Translations under genes and position numbers: made by a program
IMG/VR virus record: IMGVR_UViG_3300034107_000314
Coordinates: 1 to 64,000 of that record
From: a virus
Strand: one strand, 5' to 3'
DNA: 64,000 nt
Shown: piece after piece, positions 13,001 through 22,000 of the stretch
How positions within the stretch are numbered: position 1 is the first letter of the stretch
Layout of the letters: every line of letters starts with the position of its first letter
Notes under the pieces: model-generated
The model's database searches: none
Told to the model about the DNA's origin: nothing
Seen by the model: only the letters and a program-made list of their open reading frames with translations

Positions 13001-16000
13001 ACTGCTCAAATGTCAGGTATGGACAAAGCATATGCCGATAGTATTACAGCATTCACTGGAACCTTTTCTACAATATATGGTATTGGACAGTCATTAAAAA
13101 CTACTGGTGCTAGCTTTGCTGCGAATATAATTACTAATAAAAGATATAAAGATTCTATTGATAAAGATACCCAAGCCTTAAACGCTCACAGTAAAGCCCT
13201 GAGTGCTGATAGTGGAACTCCGGGGGGTGGTGGAAATGATAAATATGTTGCTAAGTTCACTACAGCTCTTAAAATTGCTGATGGGGCTATCACGGGCTTT
13301 GCAATTGCTTCTGCTGCTCAGTCGGCTATAGTTGCTTATCAAACTGCTAAAGCGGAGAAAGAAGCTGATAAGCTTAGTAAGGCTATGGATAACTTTACTA
13401 AGAATCTAAGCAATGAGGCAGAGGTTCGTTCAGGAATGAACAGAACTTTACTCGCTTCCGAGAAAGCCCAAGCAAGGGCGAATGCAGCTAGTGGTACGGG
13501 TGCAATGGCGGGTGGTGGAATTGGGGCATTGATAGGAGGCGCTCTTGGTAGTTTGGCTGGTCCAGTTGGCGCTCAAATCGGCGCTACTCTTGGTAGCAGC
13601 ATCGGAACAACCATAGGAGCAGAGTTCTCTAACTCTTTTGATCAAGCTAAAGTTACGCAAGCTGCAACTCAATTAAGCGATGCTTTCTTGACCTCAACAC
13701 GGGGCGTAGACTCTCTTAATAAGTTTATGACAAACATAGACAAAGCAAGCACTGGCGATGTCGAGAAAGAATTTGGAAAAGTTTCAGTAGAGCTTGCAAG
13801 AGCGCAAACAGCTTTAAACTCTTTTGATCCTAAAGTTCTTGAAACTGGTTCTGAAATAATGAAGGCTCAATTTAATAAAGCCGCAGAAACAGTTGCTAAT
13901 TTTCAAAATGGACTTGATAAATTAACTGGCGCTCTCATTGGAAAATACGCTAAAGATATTCAAACAGCTGCATCTGTTGGAAAAATATTAGATATTCAAC
14001 CCTTTGTAGATAAATTTACAGCTGGCAAATCTCAGGAAATTAAAGCTAAATATGCGCCACAAATCGAAAGGGCAAAAACTCCAGTTGAAAAAGGTGAACT
14101 GCAAAAACTTGGAAATCAAGAATTAGCAAAAGCAACCGCAGAATATCAAAAGACTTTACTGCAAGTTAAGTTACAAACTCTAGCTCAAGAACGTGCATTA
14201 GTTTTAGAAAGACAGACCAGAGAAAAGATTATCGGTACGTTAAATGAAGAAATTGCACTGAGAGCAACTCTTGAAAGATTTAATGCAAGCGTTGAAAAGG
14301 CTAGTAGAGCTTCTGATCAATTGGATGCCGCTTTTAGTGATAGCGTTCAGGGACTCAAGTCATCTGCCCCAGATCCTTCTGTGTTCGATATGGAATTCCC
14401 AGATACTAGTTCATTAAATGAAGCAATGTCTGTATTGAGTTCTGTGGGGCCGATTGGAGAGAAATTAGCTACGAGCTTACTAGACTTAAATAAAATTTCA
14501 TTAGGCTTAGGGCCAGCTCTTGAAGCTTTAACGGCTAAGAGTTTTGGTAGTGGTAATATTGATGACGAAATTAAAAAAGTTGTACAAGACGCTTTTGGCG
14601 TAGATGTTGGAAGTGCTGTTGGCGAAAGATTAGTAAAAATTATCAGTGAGCAATTTAAAGGCGTCGATCAAGAAAAAGGTGGGGTTCAGGGCGCGATTGA
14701 CCCTAAGAAAATTAAAGAACAGTTCGAAGGACTTGCTAAAGAGATCAGAGAAAAGGGCAAAGGTATTGCCACTGCCCTCAATGAAGCTGATAATAAAAGA
14801 AGAGCTATCGCGGATAAGATTAATGAGAGTGAGAAAAGAAAATTAGACCTGACTAATCAAAGTATTGATTCCTATCAAAGATTAGTTGAATCTGTTGCTC
14901 AAGCTCAAGGTAGGCCAGTTTCCTTGCTTGAGAAGAACTCTATGAGATTTGCTAAGCAAGTTGCTCTTCTTGGTAAAAACGCTAATAAAAGTATTCCGCA
15001 AATTGGTAAAGATCTTAGCAATGCTAGAAAGTCTCTTAGCTCTGGGCAATTTAAAAATGATCCTATGAAGCAAGCAGAGGTTTCTCGTCAAGCTTCTAGA
15101 TTACAAGAATCTCTCAAGAACTTAGCTGATCAATCTGGTAGAACAAAAGATACACTTAATGAATTAGAAAAATTCAAAGCTCAAAGAGAACAAATACAGC
15201 AAAATTTAACTGACTATGCTTTTGGTACTACAGAAGATAGACAAGGAAAAGATGAGGTAGCGGCAGCGACTAACCAAGCACTTCAAACGGGTGATATCAA
15301 TTCTATTGAAGGCCCAATGAGAAAAGAAGTTCTTGGAATGTTGGATAGCATGGGCGAATTTGGCAAGCAAGCTAAAAAGCAATTAACAGCTAATTATTTT
15401 GCGGGTCAAGGAAATCAACAACTTGCACAAGCAGCTCTAGCTGAATCATCTACTCCAGAACAAGCTTTGATTGGTGAATTATCAACTATTTACCAACAAG
15501 AAATTGCTGCTCAAAAAGAATTGATGGCTTTAGAGAATAGTTATAGCCAAGATCAGATAGCTGAATATCAAAAAATTACTAATCAGATCGCAACATTAAA
15601 TCAAACCCTTGCAGATACGTTAGCTGAGGTTAGAGCGCCAGCAGATAAAGCTGTTGCAGCGGTTGGAGCGCCAGTTCCAAAATTAACTACTGATACTATT
15701 GACGCTGAAACAACTAAAATCAATGGGCAGCTTAAATTATTAGACGCTTCAATTATAACATTCACTGCAAACATTGATAAGATTAATGCTGTTCTTGCTA
15801 AAGTAGAGACTCAGAAAAAAGCACAAGGCGGCTTAATATATAAAGCTGATGGTGGGAATATATTCCAGCCAAAGGGAACTGATACTGTTCCTGCAATGCT
15901 TACGCCGGGTGAATTCGTAATGAAGAAAAGTGCAGTTGATAGAATTGGCGCTGGTAATCTTAGTGCTATGAATAAAGGTTATGCTAAGGGTGGGAAAGTT

Positions 16001-19000
16001 GGTTACTACGCTGATGGTGGATTAGTTGACCCTAAAGTACAAGAGCGTATAGACAAAGCTAAAACAGAAGAAGAAAAATATGACCTTGCCAAAGGATATG
16101 CTAATTCTAAAAAGAATGCAATAGATATCAAAACTGAACAGCCCGGCGCTTTTGGTAGATTGATGGGAAGAAAAGCTGAGCCAGATTATAGCTCTTTGAA
16201 AAAAATGATGATAGGCGTAGGCAAAAAGGCAGATGGGTCTTATGAAAATCAAGTTTCATTAGAATCAATATTAAAAGGTGGAGCTGCAAATTTATTTAAG
16301 ACCAAAGAAGGGTTCCAAGGTGGCGATGTATTTGCTAGGGAATTATCTGATGACGACCAAGCCAGAGCTTTAGCTTTCACAGATGCTTCTTCGGGTGCTA
16401 TTCCTAGTTTTGGTAGGGGTGTATTACAAGGTATGACATCTATACCATTCGTAGATATTGCATCTATTATTGGTAAAGGTATGGGTATAGACATAGATAA
16501 ATTAGAATGGCAAGGAAAGCCAATAGGCAGTCTAAGTAAAGCTAGCTTATATGATGTAGTTGCTAGAAGTTATTTACCACCAGCTCCAACTGATGAAAAT
16601 TCAAAATACTGGGAAGACTGGGGTCTTGAAGGTGGTAAACTACTCAATCCTCTTGAATGGTTAACTGGATCTGTTGCCGCTGGAGCCGGATCAAAATTAA
16701 TGAAGTTTGTTGCTACTAAAGGTATTGTAGGTAGAACAGTAGCTAAGGCTGCAACTAGTGGAAGTAGCTTTATCTTTAAAGCTATTGATAATGTTATAAG
16801 CGCCCCTTTTAAAGCGATTGGTGGAGTGGTTAAAAAGGGATTGGGTATGGGTGCTAAAAAGGGTGGTTCTGAGTTAATTCAAGAAGGTGGAGAAGCTGTA
16901 TTAAAAAGTTCTATAGATGCTCCATTAAAGAGATTAACTGCGGATCAAATCAAAGAAAAAGTTGCAAAAGAAGCTATAGAAAAAGAAGCAAAAGAAAAAG
17001 CTGCAAAAGAATTAGCCGAAAAGCAAACAAAAGAAACAGCAGAACAAGTACAGAAGCAAGCAGCTTTAGAGGCAGAACAGAAAAAGGCTTTAGAACAAAC
17101 AAAGAAACAAAAAGCTCAAGACTCTGCTGAAAATATTAAAAAGGAAAAAGGGTCTGATACGACTATGGATGAGGATTGGGCTAAGGCTCAAGCAGAAGGT
17201 AAAACTATCAAACCTCAAGGTGGAAGTGCAGTAAAGGGCGCGATGATACTCTCCGCTGGAATTTCTGCGGCAGTTACACCAGAAATGGCTACGCCTACTG
17301 TTGCGCCTCCAATTGCTCCATCCCAACTAGAAACTCCTCCAGAAATGGCAGCTCCAGTAACTGAAGCAGCACCTGTAGCTGAAGTTAAACCAGCTGAAAC
17401 TGCTCCTGCTACCACAGAAGAAGCTAAAAAGAAAAAGAAGAAACGTAGAAGAGGTGTGAACCCTAATGCTATGATGCCTATGATGGGCATGGGCATACCT
17501 AATTGGATACAACAGGCTACAGCTCAGGCTCAGGCAGCACAACAGAAAGCTCAAGGCGATTGGTTTAATTTTATGAATCAAGGGCCGCAAGTTATTGCTG
17601 GTCCGGGATTTAGATATTTTGCATCTGGTGGCATGGCTAAAGGTACTGATACTGTTCCTGCTATGCTTACTCCCGGTGAATTTGTTATGAATAAATCTGC
17701 TGTTGATAAGCACGGCGTTGGAATGATGCAGCATTTAAATTCAGGTGGAGAAGTTAAATATTTATCTGGGGGCAGTTTTGTTGGACCACAACAACCAGAA
17801 GATGATTATAATTTAAGTAGAAGCGAAATGACTAGTGAATCAATCAGAACAGGATTGTCTCCTTCTGAACTGAGCGATCAAAGAGATAAATACACAGCAA
17901 AAAGGGATGCTGAAAGAGCTAAAGCAAAAAGTATAATGGATAAAATCCAAAAGGACAAAGCGGATAAAGCTAGTGCAGCAAAAGCTCAATCTGCGGCAGG
18001 AGCTGCTGTTGGAGGCATACTTGATCCTAGTTCTGGATTTGCTAGCTGGGATAAAAATAATAAATTCCTACCTCCGGGAATGGGTCCATCATCGACTCCA
18101 GCTCCAGCCGCTACTGCTGCTCCAGCTAGTCCTGCACAACCCGCTAGAAATGAAAATGCCCAAAGAACACTAGCTTCAAGAAATAAAAGAAGGTCTGGTT
18201 CGGGCGATATTAATGTTGGTAGCATGGCAAATAACGCTATGGTAAACGCTGGACAACAACAAGGTCCGGGATCTTTAAACGCTCTAAGAGAAGTAGCTCA
18301 AAGAAGAGCGTCTGAAGGTAAGCCTCCTGCAACACCCGCAATAACCCCTCCTGCTGCCGCTGCTGGTGCTGCTGGTGCTGCTGCCGCTGCAATGACCCCT
18401 ACTGCTCCTGTTGCTGGCGCAGCCGCTACTGGTGCTGCTGGGGCAGCTGCCGCTCCTGAAGCTCCAAGAAGACCTTCTACGCAAAAGGGTGGAGGTCCGA
18501 TGAGAGATAGAGCAATTCAAGCGAATGCTGCTATGAAGGCTAATAGAATGGGTTTTCAACAAATGATGATGAATCGTAATAGACCAATGACCCGCTCACA
18601 AATGATGGCTGGGGGTGGAGCTGCTAATCCAGCTGCTGAACAACAAGCACAACAAGCGGCGGGTGGTCAAGGGGCTGGAACCAAAGAAGGACAAGCTGCC
18701 CAACAGTTACAAAACTCAGATACACAAGCGGCTAAGGGTGGTGGTAATGCACCAGATATGAGCGCTTTTGCTTCTAGTGTAGAATCCCTTAATCAAGTTG
18801 CTACAACCTTCTCTACTTTTACTGAAACCCTATCCAACCTTGCAAAATCTTTTTCTGGATTAACAGTGACGCATACAGTGACAGTTGACGGTAGTATAAA
18901 TGTTAATGGGGTTAATGCCACTACTATATCAGATTTAATTTCCAAGAATTTAACAGCAGTAATTGGCGCAGAAGTAACAAAACAAATCAATTCTATTAAG

Positions 19001-19006
19001 AAGTAA
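10013..19006 (+). CDS. Tail tape measure protein (2997 aa)
   Basis: TP901-type TMP N-terminal domain (A.EFDREM..I....G.....L..L...V; ESAESIATGFRTIF.R), Ala/Gln/Lys-rich helical composition, and four GG...DTVPAMLTPGEFV modules. Confidence 0.92.
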   Translation: MAQKFTITAELNLQTKNLSQVVNNLKQQFQGANLNIKIKDLAAAESSVRNISKGAKDAQKSFSSLGGSIAAAAKRFSAITLATGTFVGLTRAIKNSIGAAIEFDREMIKISQATGKTVSQLQSLKNEVGSVASTFGVSSKELIEAARNLTQAGFAADKVSGSLKLLAQTDLAATFDSIADTTEGVIAVLSQFGRQAMQSGTEVQFLEKSLSAINQVSKEFAVESGDLITAIRTTGSAFETAGGSLDELIALFTSVRATTRESAESIATGFRTIFTRTQRLDTINNLKKLGIELQDAEGKFVGPMEAVKRLSIALNTIDPKDFRFNLIVEQLGGFRQVSKVIPLIQQFATAQKALSVAQGASGSLAKDAATAQQSLSVQIQKTREEFSRFIRELTESKTFKDTVGFLLDMANAFIKVADTLKPLIPMIAGFGAIKLGQSLLPGIQSLVGAKKKSQGGRVHAFASGGVVPGHGNGDTVPAMLTPGEFVIRKSSVKKLGADNLARANKYGIGGEVQYYKEAGEVKENDPNKRDISKVQENIKAVKYTTQERAESKNIAEGDLPMVGKKGETKKKAIPFDIGAAFLRPGGRKADTTGFVPIPKDQEIAQAASSTILGEKFYQGFKDSDKEGERGVYYKLHSRSLADPASTQIESKIQSKVIEAVDESADIVSNMTGVKADDAQLGKILKKANIDQVSGNIFEAMLLNLNAPFDSADTSSVSFDFKEGLGNVAGLFDDAQSLVSNPTDARNSFTTDSIKKIAPKITNLVKEEVDKVDLKQLTAEKIPYLINADKTGGGLRLSDYTSLTGKKSATTDEIQASLNKAGYTLKPTTKGRYSIVKGVAEDEEFAMGGSPSGSDTVPAMLTPGEFVINKKSAQKIGSSALNKMNKVGKFADGGPVQYLNPGGNVGKFGKVSGATALGGAKASPFQAYSTKAAGFNPPPSGPPNNPSSNAAASQASQALQEVGTAATSLKDQLNAVIESTSNAGAGIFLLGSAISSVTAQMSGMDKAYADSITAFTGTFSTIYGIGQSLKTTGASFAANIITNKRYKDSIDKDTQALNAHSKALSADSGTPGGGGNDKYVAKFTTALKIADGAITGFAIASAAQSAIVAYQTAKAEKEADKLSKAMDNFTKNLSNEAEVRSGMNRTLLASEKAQARANAASGTGAMAGGGIGALIGGALGSLAGPVGAQIGATLGSSIGTTIGAEFSNSFDQAKVTQAATQLSDAFLTSTRGVDSLNKFMTNIDKASTGDVEKEFGKVSVELARAQTALNSFDPKVLETGSEIMKAQFNKAAETVANFQNGLDKLTGALIGKYAKDIQTAASVGKILDIQPFVDKFTAGKSQEIKAKYAPQIERAKTPVEKGELQKLGNQELAKATAEYQKTLLQVKLQTLAQERALVLERQTREKIIGTLNEEIALRATLERFNASVEKASRASDQLDAAFSDSVQGLKSSAPDPSVFDMEFPDTSSLNEAMSVLSSVGPIGEKLATSLLDLNKISLGLGPALEALTAKSFGSGNIDDEIKKVVQDAFGVDVGSAVGERLVKIISEQFKGVDQEKGGVQGAIDPKKIKEQFEGLAKEIREKGKGIATALNEADNKRRAIADKINESEKRKLDLTNQSIDSYQRLVESVAQAQGRPVSLLEKNSMRFAKQVALLGKNANKSIPQIGKDLSNARKSLSSGQFKNDPMKQAEVSRQASRLQESLKNLADQSGRTKDTLNELEKFKAQREQIQQNLTDYAFGTTEDRQGKDEVAAATNQALQTGDINSIEGPMRKEVLGMLDSMGEFGKQAKKQLTANYFAGQGNQQLAQAALAESSTPEQALIGELSTIYQQEIAAQKELMALENSYSQDQIAEYQKITNQIATLNQTLADTLAEVRAPADKAVAAVGAPVPKLTTDTIDAETTKINGQLKLLDASIITFTANIDKINAVLAKVETQKKAQGGLIYKADGGNIFQPKGTDTVPAMLTPGEFVMKKSAVDRIGAGNLSAMNKGYAKGGKVGYYADGGLVDPKVQERIDKAKTEEEKYDLAKGYANSKKNAIDIKTEQPGAFGRLMGRKAEPDYSSLKKMMIGVGKKADGSYENQVSLESILKGGAANLFKTKEGFQGGDVFARELSDDDQARALAFTDASSGAIPSFGRGVLQGMTSIPFVDIASIIGKGMGIDIDKLEWQGKPIGSLSKASLYDVVARSYLPPAPTDENSKYWEDWGLEGGKLLNPLEWLTGSVAAGAGSKLMKFVATKGIVGRTVAKAATSGSSFIFKAIDNVISAPFKAIGGVVKKGLGMGAKKGGSELIQEGGEAVLKSSIDAPLKRLTADQIKEKVAKEAIEKEAKEKAAKELAEKQTKETAEQVQKQAALEAEQKKALEQTKKQKAQDSAENIKKEKGSDTTMDEDWAKAQAEGKTIKPQGGSAVKGAMILSAGISAAVTPEMATPTVAPPIAPSQLETPPEMAAPVTEAAPVAEVKPAETAPATTEEAKKKKKKRRRGVNPNAMMPMMGMGIPNWIQQATAQAQAAQQKAQGDWFNFMNQGPQVIAGPGFRYFASGGMAKGTDTVPAMLTPGEFVMNKSAVDKHGVGMMQHLNSGGEVKYLSGGSFVGPQQPEDDYNLSRSEMTSESIRTGLSPSELSDQRDKYTAKRDAERAKAKSIMDKIQKDKADKASAAKAQSAAGAAVGGILDPSSGFASWDKNNKFLPPGMGPSSTPAPAATAAPASPAQPARNENAQRTLASRNKRRSGSGDINVGSMANNAMVNAGQQQGPGSLNALREVAQRRASEGKPPATPAITPPAAAAGAAGAAAAAMTPTAPVAGAAATGAAGAAAAPEAPRRPSTQKGGGPMRDRAIQANAAMKANRMGFQQMMMNRNRPMTRSQMMAGGGAANPAAEQQAQQAAGGQGAGTKEGQAAQQLQNSDTQAAKGGGNAPDMSAFASSVESLNQVATTFSTFTETLSNLAKSFSGLTVTHTVTVDGSINVNGVNATTISDLISKNLTAVIGAEVTKQINSIKK

Positions 19007-19011
19007 TATAT

Positions 19012-22000
19012 ATGGACCACAAAACATCAGCTAGAGGATTAGGATTAAATATAAGAGGATTAGATGTTAGATCTGGAATTCTAAGCACAATGCCACTTAG
19101 AGTTCAGGCTGAAAATGCCACATATATACCTCATAAAAATAATACAGATTTTACAGTTTCTAACCCAGCTCTTATTAACTATACTCCTTCTGGCATTGCT
19201 AATATTATATTAAATGATTTTTCTTCTAATAAATATGATTCATTTTTTTCATCAAACCAAGGTAAAAATTCTAATGAATATGAACTAGAATGTAGTTGGT
19301 ATATTAACGATATAGATATTGAAGATGATATAGCTATTGTTGGCACTAGAGACTGGACTAGTACTGAGAAATATACCACTATTAAATATTATCCAACTAT
19401 AGTATCTACCGATGTAATATCAAATGTAGCTATACAAAAGACTGAAGACGTAGAAGATAATATAGTCACTTGTAATATATATAACTGGACTGTGAATTGG
19501 GCCACTGCGAGCTTGACATATGGTTCAGGTTATGTTATTATCAACAGTTTTAATTGTGATGGTTCGCAAACTACAACCCCTATATACTTGCCCCCCGGAA
19601 GCACGGGTTCTTTATCTTCCTCTTCTACCGCTAAACCTACATATAGTTTAAATGGTTCTTGGACTAACGACCCCTTAGATCCGGGTGGATTTATTAATTC
19701 AGGACTTTTATCTAGTGAAACAATTACTACTAGTTGTCCAATAGATACGTATAGATACACAGACACTAATTATAGAAATAGAAAATACTGTTTAAAAAAT
19801 ACATTTTCTCATTACGTTCCCAATGCAGATTATCCTGATATCGATGTGTTTACATATTTTAATATTAAAAATTTAAATAGTATTTTTCAAAAACCAAAAT
19901 ATTTAAACAACAGACCCGCAGATAAAAATGTTCAAGGCAATCAATTAAGCTCTAATACTCCATTAGGTAAATACCCAACATATCCTAAAGAATTTCCAGA
20001 CTATAGTGATATTTTCATCCAAGTTGATTACGTCAAATCCACGGGTGGTCTTAGTACCTTAACGGATAATATAGTTATTACATCTGGCATGGATAGTAGG
20101 TATATATATACATTTGGTGGATTTTTAAGTTATAGCGACTATACATTAAAATGCTCTACCCTATCTAGATCTAATTATAGTACAAAATCTAAAGATCTTA
20201 TAGCAGATGATGAAGACTATAAATGGTATATGGTTTATAGAGATACTTCGGGGGATTATGAGTTCTTGACATTGAGTTCATATATTATTCCAAGTTCAGT
20301 ATTAACAACTTCTGCATTAAATACTAATTTTAGTAAAGTCCCCCTAGTTGATAATAGATTTCATAAAATCTTTAATCCTCCTGTAGATATTGGCAATAAA
20401 TTAGATCCTACGACTGGAGGCACATATCTAGTAGAAAATAGTGTGATATCAGCCGATAGTATCAAAGTTATTAAAGTTGCTAATTATGGAAATTGTGGCA
20501 AAGTTGATATATATACTAAAAAGAACGGTAATGTATTGTCAATTAGCGGAAATCAAATTACCTCATCGGGACATGGATTGAATACGGGCGATTCGATAAA
20601 GATTACTTCTGCGTTAAATTCAACATCTGGATTAACACCGTTTAATGGCATAAGATATGTTAGTGGAGTATCTTCTGATAAGTTTGCTATATATTTAGAT
20701 CAAAACTTTAAAACTCCAATTAGTGGAACTGTAAGATCAACAAGCGGTATATTATGGAGTGCATTAGATAAGAGCAACTGGAAGTATAACGGAACTCTAT
20801 ATTCGCCTCAAGGTAAAAATGGATATGGGTTTTCTTCAAAATTAAGATTGGTATCTGAGACAGGTGTTGAATCTTCTAATATCGTTGATCGTGCAATAGA
20901 ATCTAGCACTACTGATGACACATTTACTAAACCTCAAGCATATTTAAATAGCTGGGTTTCGTGGAATAATTTTTATCCATTCGAAAGGGCTACATCTAGC
21001 GAAGCTTCAATAACATTAGAGAATGGGAATAAATTTGGTGCAGACTGCCAAATCTCTAAAGTTTCAGATAATAATTATGTATTAATGATTACAGAACCGG
21101 GGGCAGAAGTATCTTTTAAAATATTTGATGATTTCATCATATCAAGTCAAAGCACTTCTCCAACACAATCTACAGAACCTTTGCCAAATAATCAATTTGT
21201 AATACCTAATTTTCTTCCGCAGGGCAGAGTGCATTTTTACAAAATGACAAAATCTCCATATTCTATTGAATATATGACATCAGTAGCAGCAACTGGCAAT
21301 CCTTGGAAAGCATATGAAGATCTTAATCAGGCACATAAAAGTAAATCTAATATAGATAGCTATACTAATTATCCAATTTCTGTAGAAAAAGTAAAATCTA
21401 ATTATTCAATAACTTATGATAATTATTGGCTTGGTGCTAAATACTATAGTTGGAAAAATAGTCAATACATCTTAGATACTACTTATGGCATCGAAGTACC
21501 TGATCAATCTAATAGCATTAATCGTTATGCCTTTTCAGATAGTTTTGGAAAAGCCGCCGCCTTTGATTTAGATGCTTCGAATAACCATTTATATTGTGTT
21601 GCAACAACAAATGTAAAAAATAGTGATTACAAAAACAGTCTTAGAGTATTTGAAGTAGATTGTTTAGCTGAAGCTTTTAGTATAAATTTAACTAATACTG
21701 GAATTTCATCTTTAAGTGGAATTAGCAATCAGTCTTCATTCTTTTCGTCTCTTGCTCAAGAACACTCTAATGAAATATCTAAATACGGATCAAATGTGGA
21801 TTTTGATGACAGTCGATTAATAATTGGCTGGCCATCTGACAAAAGAGGATTAGAGTATTTATATATTTATGATAGAATTGGATCTGGATATGAACCAATC
21901 CAAACAATTACTAGCGGTGGAAATAATAATTTTGGAGAATATTTTGTTGCAGATAATGATTTCTTGGTTACAAATAGATATTCCGATATTGATGACTCTG

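Noticed and set aside
10758-19020. Numerous short alternative-frame and antisense ORFs within the TMP and other long genes
   Set aside because: No SD or recognisable motifs; expected shadows of long coding frames.
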